64,000 bases of DNA from Macrostomum hystrix. Its lineage: Eukaryota; Animalia; Platyhelminthes. The position numbers were made by a program, and so were the translations under genes. The notes beneath the pieces were generated by a model. The model ran no database searches. It saw nothing but the letters and a program-made list of their open reading frames with translations, and had not been told where the DNA came from. Below, piece after piece: positions 13,016 to 24,400 of the stretch; the stretch's first letter is position 1, and every line of letters starts with the position of its first letter. The stretch is from contig CATNEN010000001.1 of the NCBI GenBank assembly GCA_950097015.1, positions 2,666,001 through 2,730,000 on the forward strand. The letters run 5' to 3'.

Positions 13016-15116
13016 CTAGCCGGAGAGAGCAACTGATTCACTTGGAAGTCGTTTCAGCGCCTTCGCTTTGAGCAAGTTGCCATTAATGTTAACTATAAGG
13101 GTCGAGCAGAACATTGGTCGACTTGTCGAATCCAAAAATCCGCTGACAATCTTCTCACCGGTGTTTAGGTTAACGACCAAGGGTCGCTGACGAAAGAGAC
13201 AGGATAATGAGTCGAAGCAAACACGGTTTCGACCGTCGTCTCCAAGCATGACGGCCGACGAAGAAAACGAACTACCCGCAGGTGAGTCGCGTCGCTGCTG
13301 TTTGCTAGGCCGGCACAGGGTCTGCGGGCTTTGTGTGCCGCGGTCTTCGCTTGTGTGATGCTTCGAACTATTCAACCAAGATTGCACTTTTTGAGCCTCC
13401 AACGAAAGTGTGGACGCTGGTGGCGGCGAAGTCTGCAGCTTTGTCAGCGAGAGGCTGCAATCTCGCTGCAGCCGGTCATCCATCCTTTCAATATCCCCAC
13501 GCACTTGGTCGCTAAGGCAGCGAATTGACTTCCTCAGCTCGTCGATGTCAGCCTGCAGCTGTGTGGCTGTTGGATTCCAGCTGTGCTCGACGAGGACCTC
13601 AGCGCTGCGGTCTTCGCTGTCATCGCCATCATCTTCGTGGGCAAAAGTTCTCGTTTCCAAAGGACTCAGCCTGCCGTCGTCAGCCTGAAGACAGGCATCG
13701 TTTTGTTCCTCTAGCGACGGCGGGGAGAGCGAAGGCGGCGGCTGCAGCACATCGGGCAGCAGGGAATCCAAACTGCCAGCCGCAGCTTCGTCATCCTTGT
13801 CGATAACTGTCAACGGTGTTGGCGGCGCTGGAGTTGTACCGTAGAGGCCAGCGACGCTGAGGCCTCCACCAACACCACCACCGCTGCCACCAACAACGCT
13901 GCTTCGTCTGATACTGCTACGTCGACTTCCTCCTAGTTGAAAGTCGGGCAGAACAACAGAGAGCAACGCCTGCTGAGGTTTGATTTCAGTTGGTGCCGCT
14001 GTCCTTACAGGCAACTGTTGAGACGATGATGGTGCCAAAATGTCACTGACCTCTTGCGAACTGCAGCTGGTACTATTGTAACTTTGAGCACTCTCGACAT
14101 TAACTGTAGGATTGCCCCTGTCCGGATTATCGCCAGGCCCAAGAGCGCCGCCGTCAGACTCAGTGAAAGAGCGCTCAAATCGCCGGCCTTGCAGACGCTG
14201 CCTGGTGCGTATGTCGATCTGGTGAGCCAGCTCCGCCCGTTTCGCAGTTGCCGACTCTGCGCTGATTATCTGCGGTGCCGGCTGCTCACGGGGCTCCTTT
14301 TCGCTTCCGTAATTCTTCTGACTTGACTGTACGAAGCGCAATCCACTTAAAGCTTCTCGGTCATTCGCTTGGCTATGAAAAGAAAAATAAAGTGGCGAAT
14401 TACTTTGAAATTTATCAAATCAATCAGCTAAAGTTCACAACGGTTACAGAACCTGGTTGTGAACTCCAGTTCTTTTTGTCGATCCTCGTGCTGCCTCAAC
14501 TGGTTCTGTAGAATTTCTTCCTGACGCAGCTTTCGTAGAGGTGCTCTCGTTGATGCAACTGCAGCCACAGCAGAAGAAGAAGCTGCGGCAGCAGCAGCAG
14601 CGGAAGACCTGGCTGCCGTGGCAGCAGCAGCCGCTCGCTGCCAACGCATCGAACGCCCGGAGCCATGATTAATTCGCCGCTCACTGCGCCTTCCATCGGC
14701 CAAGAGTAGAAGCTGCCGAAGTACCCGACGCACCACCTGATCTTCATCGTTGAGTACAGCGGATGAACTGGATGAAGTGTCGCTAGCACTTGTGAATCCG
14801 CCGCTAACGCCGCCGGTAAGACCGGCATCCATGCGCGCCGCCGCGGCAAGTGATCGCCGACGATCCTCCAACTGCGCTCGGCGTTGCTGCCAGTTGCGAA
14901 CGAAGCGCTCGGGAAGAAAGCGAAAATCACTTCCCGACTCGTAGAGATGCTCCAGACGACGGACGTCAGCTGCAATGGCTGCCGGCGTGAGCGGCGACTG
15001 GAGCGATGCGTGCTGCGTTGGCGGTTGATTCTGCGGCGGGAGCGAAACGGCACCGAAGGAGTCAATTGATACGGGCGAATCAGTGAATCTAGGATATGCC
15101 AGGCCTGACTTTGGTA

Positions 15117-15148
<32 letters not shown>

Positions 15149-15564
15149 GGCAGGCCAGTAGTGCAATATGTCTGCAGGTATTGCTGGATAGCCTCGTGCA
15201 TTCCTGCAGCTGCCATGGCCGTACTAGCTGACGACGACAGAGATGCGTCGCCGGGTGCACCTGCTCCGCCTCTGCCGCCTCCGCGACTGGTCACTGAAGA
15301 GCTGTGACTTGACCCACCGTGCTGCATTCTGAATCTGCGCGCGCGTTGAGTAGAGCTGCTAACGACAGCCGAGACACCTGTGAGCTCCGGAATACTATCT
15401 AAACTAGAAGGAGTGATTGCAGAAGCTGTAGTTGAGGTTGTGGTAGTGACAGATGTTGCAGCAGCTGCTGCGGCGCTGCCTGTAGCTGCTGCGTGGGCAG
15501 CGGCTCCGCGTTGATGATTGCGAACGCGCCAGATAAACCAAGAGCGTCGAAAATGTGATTGATT

Positions 15565-15615
<51 letters not shown>

Positions 15616-16535
15616 GTAGTGAGCTTGATACTGATGTTGCTGCTGCTGGCTAACGCCAAACTTTCTAGATCTGCAGCAGGAAAAATTAATTTAAATTACA
15701 TCCGCAGTAGCGAAAGATAACCATCAGACAGAGGCTAACTTAAAAAGGATTAGAAAAAATAGTCGGGCGTGGCCGTCGCTTCTTTCTGTTGGTCGCCCAG
15801 CCTCGGCTCATTTTAGCCCCTATGGGCGGAATCGATCGTATTCTTAGACGTAGAAGGCATGCCCTGCCCCCTCAGATTGCCTTCACGAATTGCTTTGACT
15901 GACACTAGATGGAGACTGGGAATCAGAAATCTCTTACCCCTACTCCGCCTATTGGTGCTTTCAGATGTCACATTGTGTGACGCCTAAAAAACTAAAAAGC
16001 ATGCAGAAAATTCTGATTCAAAAAATTTGAGTCTCTTTGTCGCAGTCGTCAGTACATGCTACGTCATCTCTCAAACATCCTGTCGACGGTCCTCAGGTCG
16101 TCAGCGAGCTTGACGCTTAGTAGTTGGACTGGGAGGTCACGAGTTCAAATCTGAGCCTAACTTGAGCAAGACACGTAGTTGCTGGTAGCTTCAGTTCACT
16201 CAGGTGTGTTGTTCTCCCCAGTCCACGGACTGAACACCTGTACACAGGTATTTGGCAGTCAGTGGGAGTGCGTGTTCATGGGTCAACAGAATGGACAGAA
16301 TTGCCTCCTCGCTGGCTGCGGGTCTACTGTCGTCAATTATTCGCCACTTCAGTGTCCTGTCACAGAAGTTCAATAATGTATTCAAGTGAATTGCAAAAAA
16401 CGAAACCAATTAAACTTACATGACTCGCCGTTTGAAGGCCAGTGCCTGACGCCATGTTTTATCATTCAGTGGCCGATGCTTGCCGCCCGCAGGCTCAAAG
16501 CTTCCGCTGACTTGATCTCGAGACTGACTCGCCAT
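13016..16535 (-). CDS. Uncharacterised low-complexity (Q/A/S/G-rich) protein, ~896 aa; exons 16535-16420, 15670-14453, 14372-13016
   Basis: ATG at 16535 (MASQSRDQ..); donor GTAAGT; acceptors ctgcag and ttcatag. Exon phases join in frame (116+1218+1357 nt) and link the 299-aa and 441-aa ORFs. No recognisable domain. Confidence 0.7.
16100..16331 (+). mobile_element. Chimeric SINE: family B head/CORE joined to the family A 3' module
   Basis: B box gagttcaaatc, then gcaagacac..gcttcagttcactcag and ccccagtccacggactgaaca (family B), then gaattgcctcctcgctggctgcgggtcta (family A). Confidence 0.65.
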
Positions 16536-16838
16536 TTTGATCTAAGCTTGTCGACAATACAGAACAACTTCAGCAGGAGTAAACGAATAGATTGCAGCAT
16601 ACACTGAACCTCCAAGTACTAACCATGCGCTTAAATACGGTTAAGTGCAACGGTTTTATCAGACGATAAGGATGCTTCTTCTCACCTATACTAAAGTTTG
16701 CCCTTCGATTTATAATCGCAAGCAATCCCATCTCCTTTCTGACTCGCTAAGCTTTTCAATGCTCATAATCGTTATTAAAGTTTCAAGACAAAAACTATTT
16801 CCATCGCTAAATGAAATTCTTTAATTTGCACTTTTTTG

Positions 16839-17193
16839 GGGAGGTCGGTGGCAGAGCGGTTAACGCGCTTGCCTCTCGCACCAAGGTCTCTGAGCTCGAT
16901 TCCGCGGCGAGGCCACATTCATTTGGTGCGCAGCCGCGGAGAGAAGGCTTGGGGGCTTGTCGTGCAATTTGCGCCCTTGAGGGCCAACCTCCAAGGCAAA
17001 GTGAGAGTGTACGTACACTGCCTGACGATGAGAAAGTCAGGGCAGGTGTACAACCCAGTGTGAGCGTGTGCCTGAGTACAGTATCTGTGTGCGTGTGCTC
17101 AGGAGTCAGCGAAACGGGCAGAATTGCCTCCTTGCTGGCTGCGGGTCTAGTGTCACCGAATAATTGCCACAGCCGTCCTGCAATTATTATTAT
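16839..17193 (+). mobile_element. tRNA-derived SINE family A, full length
   Basis: Near-identical to 11566-11930; (ATT)n tail; possible degenerate TSD ttgcacttttttg / ttgccttttttg. Confidence 0.85.
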
Positions 17194-18071
17194 TGCCTTT
17201 TTTTGTACGGAAGCAGACTATTTATAGCTTACTTCCGCGCCGCGTGCACTTCTAGAAACCTGGAGCCTCGCGATTTTATGCTCAGATGTTTACAAGACTA
17301 CTTAAACTTGTCAGTAGTGCTTGAAATACAGTTGGTAACACTGCAGCTAGCTTACAAAGTCTCAAATATTCACAAAGTCTCAAAAGGTCCCCAACGTCCC
17401 CTAATGTTTTTTTTGGTTCGCCTCAAATCTTTCCATGTAGTCTTTCTCATCCGTCATTTCAATCTTTCTCACATCTCCTTACAATATTTTAATCGCAGTG
17501 AACTATTTTTAACCATGGACATCCTTGGTCACAGAACAATGATTTCCTGAGTAGAGAGCCATGAGTAGGTACTTAACTGCCGACATTCAATATTACATAG
17601 GGTCTAATAATAGCGGGCTTCCTAGAAAGAATATTTCAAGTACAGGTACTTCAAGAAAGGTGCATGTACGAGTAAAGTCTGCAAGTAGTAATTAAAGATT
17701 TCAGACAACGGGCGGGTTGAAACACCTATAGGATTCAGATTTGAGCACAACACTCACCCACACTAATTCAGGTCACGTACTCATAAAAGTGTACGCGTCA
17801 ACAGCGAGTCGGGAGATTTAGTAGGAAGAGAATCGATTTTTACCCACCGACAAGCCACCCCTGACCTAGAGTGCGCGGAAAAAGGCTTCCAAATTTGAAA
17901 AGAGTAGCTTAGCTTGCTTGGCCTACCTGAGTTTTAATCTGCTCATTTGCTTTGAGCTCTGCCCGAAACCCTCTTGAGCTCTGCCTTTTTGACTGGTTTA
18001 TTTGCACAGTAATTTCAACCTGCTGTGCCGTGCTTCTACAAGGCTGTCTCAATGGCTCATTTTACCAAGTA

Positions 18072-18117
18072 ATCTATCTATCTACCTATCTATCTATCTA
18101 TCTACCTATCTATCTAC

Positions 18118-18152
<35 letters not shown>

Positions 18153-18169
18153 CCTATCTATCTATCTAC

Positions 18170-18200
<31 letters not shown>

Positions 18201-18401
18201 CCTATCTATCTATCTATCTACCTATCTATCTACCTATCTACCTATCTATCTATCTATCTATCTATCTACCTACCTATCTATCTATCTACCTATCTATCTA
18301 CCTATCTAACTATCTATCTACCTATCTATCTATCTATCTACCTATCTATCTATCTATCTATCTACCTATCTATCTACCTATCTATCTATCTATCTATCTA
18401 C

Positions 18402-18456
<55 letters not shown>

Positions 18457-18657
18457 CCTATCTATCTACCTATCTACCTATCTATCTATCTATCTATCTA
18501 TCTACCTACCTATCTATCTATCTACCTATCTATCTACCTATCTAACTATCTATCTACCTATCTATCTATCTATCTACCTATCTATCTATCTATCTATCTA
18601 TCTACCTATCTATCTATCTATCTACCTATCTATCTACCTATCTACCTATCTATCTAC

Positions 18658-18692
<35 letters not shown>

Positions 18693-18709
18693 CCTATCTA
18701 TCTATCTAC

Positions 18710-18740
<31 letters not shown>

Positions 18741-18937
18741 CCTATCTATCTATCTATCTACCTATCTATCTACCTATCTACCTATCTATCTATCTATCTA
18801 TCTATCTACCTACCTATCTATCTATCTACCTATCTATCTACCTATCTAACTATCTATCTACCTATCTATCTATCTATCTACCTATCTATCTATCTATCTA
18901 TCTACCTATCTATCTACCTATCTATCTATCTATCTAC

Positions 18938-18992
<55 letters not shown>

Positions 18993-19269
18993 CCTATCTA
19001 TCTACCTATCTACCTATCTATCTATCTATCTATCTATCTACCTATCTATCTACCTATCTATCTACCTATCTACCTATCTATCTATCTATCTACCTACCTA
19101 TCTATCTATCTACCTATCTATCTACCTATCTAACTATCTATCTACCTATCTATCTATCTACCTACCTATCTATCTATCTACCTATCTATCTACCTATCTA
19201 ACTATCTATCTACCTATCTATCTATCTATCTACCTATCTATCTATCTATCTATCTACCTATCTATCTAC

Positions 19270-19300
<31 letters not shown>

Positions 19301-19533
19301 CCTATCTATCTATCTATCTACCTATCTATCTACCTATCTACCTATCTATCTATCTATCTATCTATCTACCTATCTATCTATGTACCTATCTATCTACCTA
19401 TCTAACTATCTATCTACCTATCTATCTATCTATCTACCTATCTATCTATCTATCTATCTATCTACCTATCTATCTATCTATCTACCTATCTATCTACCTA
19501 TCTACCTATCTATCTACCTATCTATCTATCTAC

Positions 19534-19564
<31 letters not shown>

Positions 19565-19573
19565 CCTATCTAC

Positions 19574-19608
<35 letters not shown>

Positions 19609-19641
19609 CCTATCTATCTATCTATCTACCTATCTATCTAC

Positions 19642-19688
<47 letters not shown>

Positions 19689-19689
19689 C

Positions 19690-19720
<31 letters not shown>

Positions 19721-20005
19721 CCTATCTATCTATCTATCTATCTATCTACCTATCTATCTATCTACCTATCTATCTACCTATCTAACTATCTATCTACCTA
19801 TCTATCTATCTATCTACCTATCTATCTACCTATCTACCTATCTATCTATCTATCTATCTACCTATCTATCTATCTATCTATCTATCTACCTATCTACCTA
19901 CCTATCTATCTATCTACCTATCTATCTACCTATCTAACTATCTATCTACCTATCTATCTATCTATCTACCTATCTATCTATCTATCTATCTACCTATCTA
20001 TCTAC

Positions 20006-20036
<31 letters not shown>

Positions 20037-20269
20037 CCTATCTATCTATCTATCTACCTATCTATCTACCTATCTACCTATCTATCTATCTATCTATCTA
20101 TCTACCTATCTATCTATCTACCTATCTATCTACCTATCTAACTATCTATCTACCTATCTATCTATCTATCTACCTATCTATCTATCTATCTATCTATCTA
20201 CCTATCTATCTATCTATCTACCTATCTATCTACCTATCTACCTATCTATCTACCTATCTATCTATCTAC

Positions 20270-20300
<31 letters not shown>

Positions 20301-20309
20301 CCTATCTAC

Positions 20310-20344
<35 letters not shown>

Positions 20345-20377
20345 CCTATCTATCTATCTATCTACCTATCTATCTAC

Positions 20378-20424
<47 letters not shown>

Positions 20425-20425
20425 C

Positions 20426-20456
<31 letters not shown>

Positions 20457-20653
20457 CCTATCTATCTATCTATCTATCTATCTACCTATCTATCTATCTA
20501 CCTATCTATCTACCTATCTAACTATCTATCTACCTATCTATCTATCTATCTACCTATCTATCTACCTATCTACCTATCTATCTATCTACCTATCTATCTA
20601 CCTATCTATCTATCTATCTATCTATCTACCTATCTATCTATCTATCTATCTAC

Positions 20654-20708
<55 letters not shown>

Positions 20709-20709
20709 C

Positions 20710-20744
<35 letters not shown>

Positions 20745-20754
20745 CCTATCTACC
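18072..20754. repeat. ~2.7-kb (TATC)n/(GATA)n microsatellite with TACC and TAAC variant units
   Basis: Directly visible tetranucleotide array. Confidence 0.98.
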
Positions 20755-21480
20755 AATGTGTCTATCAAAAATAAAAATCCAAAATCAAACTCAATTTTAC
20801 TCAATTAAATGGGACGGGAAATACGGCCAAAAATCCGTCGCAAATAAAACCTTGCAGCTTAAAGCCAAAATCGCAGCAAGCGATTCGGATCTGTCACTCA
20901 CGGAGCTGTGGCAAGCCTTGAAACCGGCAGCTACACAGTTGAACGAATTTCTATTGGCCTTCCAAAGCGCCACACAGAAGCAGCAGGAGGGGTGGCTGCG
21001 TAGGAGGAACTGTCGGTGGGTCAGAGAGTGGAGAGGGGAGAGTGTGGGGGGATGTGGACGGTCTTTCCTTAGCTCCCCAAAGCTTTATCGAATTCTCTCC
21101 TGGCTATATAGGTCTATATGCCTTGGCGAAAGGATTCTGTAGGAGCCACTCCGATCTTGACCGAAAGAAAATCTATGTTGAACAAAAATCTGACCTAAAA
21201 ATTGAAAGTGGCCAGAAAGAAGTGGTTTAAAAAAGAGGTCAGTGCGGTTGAAGTGTCTCGCACTAAGCGGCACTCGACTAGTCATTCTCCTTTTCTAGCA
21301 ATCGTTAGCAAAGAAAACAACTTTGCTGTCTACTAGAAGCGGCGACAAAATCGAAATGCATTGATTTTTCCTTCTCTCGTCAGAACATACTCAACCAGTT
21401 TGCGCCTGGATTTCTGGCTAACTTGAGCAAACTTTGATTGACTTGAACAGCAACTTCAGTCGTGACAGAATAAATCAAGC

Positions 21481-24400
21481 ATGAGGCGGTTTCATCACAG
21501 ATGCAGACCAACTATTTTTACTATCAGTTTGGCTGAGATCATTATAATCATCATTGGTAAGCTAATCACGAAAAAGTTTGTCCTTAACTTAAATTTTAAA
21601 ACGTTTTTATTTAGACACGAAGTATGTCATTTTTAAGTCAATGCCTAAACAAAATAGTAAAAAACACGAAGATACAGGACAACCTACCTGAAAACAAGAC
21701 ACGGTGTAAAATGCACCATAAAAGTAATATAAGATTCAGTAACACCTGAGACAGACACAGAACACTTGGGACAGACACTGAGCACATGGGACAGACACAG
21801 AACACTTGGGACGGAGACACATAGGACAGACACAGAACACATGAGACAGATACAGAACACTTGGGACAGAAACAGAACACATGAGACAGATACAGAACAC
21901 TTGGGACAGATACAGAACACATGAGACAGATACAGAACACTTGGGACAGATACAGAACACTTGGGACAAAGACACATAGGACAGATACAGAACACTTGAA
22001 ACAGACACAGAACACATTTGACATACACAGAACACATTAGACAGACACAGAACACTTGGGACAGATACAGAACACTTGGGACAGACACAGAACACTTGGG
22101 ACAGACAGAACACATGGGACAGACACAGAACACATGAGAGAGATACAAAACACATGAGAAGGATGCTGAACACATGAGACAGACACAGAACACTTGGGAC
22201 AGACACTGAGCACTTGGGACAGACACCGAACACTTGGGACAGACACTGAACACATGGGACAGACACTGAGCACTTGGGACAGACACCGAACACTTGGGAC
22301 AGACACTGAACACATGGGACAGACACAGAACACTTGGGACAGGCACAGAACACTTGGGACAGACACTGAACACATGGGACAGACACAGAACACTTGGGAC
22401 AGACACTGAACACATGGGACAGACACAGAACACTTGGGACGGAGACACATAGGACAGACACAGAACACATGAGACAGATACAGAACACTTGGGACAGAAA
22501 CAGAACACATGAGACAGATACAGAACACTTGGGACAGAAACAGAACACATGAGACAGATACAGAACACTTGGGACAGATACAGAACACTTGGGACAAAGA
22601 CACATAGGACAGATACAGAACACTTGAGACAGCAACAGAACACATTTGACATACACAGAACACATTAGACAGACACAGAACACTTGGGACAGATACAGAA
22701 CACTTGGGACAGACACAGAACACTTGGGACAGACAGAACACATGGGACAGACACAGAACACATGAGAGAGATACAAAACACATGAGAAGGATGCTGAACA
22801 CATGAGACAGATACAGAACACTTGGGACAGACACAGAACACTTGGGACAGACACAGAACACATTTGACATACACAGAACACATTAGACAGACACAGAACA
22901 CTTGGGACAGACACAGAACACTTGGGACAGACAGAACACATGGGACAGACACAGAACACATGAGAGAGATACAAAACACATGAGAAGGATGCTGAACACA
23001 TGAGACAGATACAGAACACTTGGGACAGACACAGAACACTTGGGACAGACACAGAACACTTGGGACAGACACAGAACACTTGGGACAGACACAGAACACT
23101 TGGGACAGACACAGAACACATGAGACAGATACAGAACACTTGGGACAGATACAGAACACATGGGACAGACACAGAACACATGAGAGAGATACAAAACACA
23201 TGAGAAGGATGCTGAACACATGAGACAGATACAGAACACTTGGGACAGACACAGAACACTTGGGACAGACACAGAACACTTGGGACAGACACAGAACACT
23301 TGGGACAGACACAGAACACTTGGGACAGATACAGAACACTTGGGACAGACACAGAACACATGAGACAGACACAGAACACATGGGACGGAGACACATGAGA
23401 CAGACACAGAACACATGAGACGTACACAGAACACATTAGACAGACACAGAACACATGGGACGGAGACACATGAGACAGACACAGAACACATGAGACGTAC
23501 ACAGAACACATTAGACAGACACAGAACACATGAGACAAACACAGAACACATGAGACAGACACAGGAAACATGAGACAGACACTGAACACATGGGACTGAT
23601 GCAATTTGTATGAAACGCATGCGCATATAATCAAAAGATCGAAATATTCTCGTTTTGCCAATAAAAATATTCGCTGGAGGGCTGCGGGCAATGGCACACC
23701 ATTTGGTGACAATCGACCCGCAGCCAGCGAGCAGGTAGTTCTGCCCATTTCGCTAACTCCTAAGCACACACGCATACAGATGTTGTACGCAGCCTGTACT
23801 CACTTACACAGGTGTGTACATTTGTCCTGAATATTTAATCATCAGGTAATGTACACTTTCACTTGGCCTTGGAGGTTGGCCCTCATGGGCGTAAATTGCA
23901 CGACAAGCCCCGAAGCCTTCTCTCCGCGGCTGCGCCCAAATACAATAAAAGTCTCTTCTCAGGGATTCGATGTCGTGGACCTTGGTGCGAGAGACAAACG
24001 CGTTAGACCTCACTGCCTGGGAAATGGTTTGAAGCCCAAACACAGGCCCCATTTTTGCGCATTCCTAAAGTCCCGAAAAATCCCAACCCATCTCAGTGCA
24101 GCTGAAAGTGCCAAAGTCCTCAGATCCTGGGAAAGGTAGGGGAGACATTAGGGACAGAAAGATAGGTAAGGGACAGGAAAGCAAGATGCACAGGTGGGAG
24201 AGAAAATCCCCCCAAAAGGCGAACAAGAAATCACAAGCTGAGGAAAATCGGTAAATGGAGAAATATTTTGCTGCCATAGCTCTTTTAGGAGAAGAAAACT
24301 GCAGACAAAAGTGCAAAATGGGACAAAACTATCACCCAGGATTTCGCCTTCTTTTTTTCGGACAGGTGTAGAAAATGATTGGGACTGTTCATTCCTTTAC

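Noticed and set aside
17952-19937. Long IYLS-repeat ORFs
   Set aside because: Translation artefacts of the (TATC)n array.
21638-23775. Cys-rich ORFs up to 679 aa, and a possible CRISPR-like array
   Set aside because: They arise from a 20-bp tandem minisatellite with no unique spacers, inside an intron; eukaryotic context and no cas genes.
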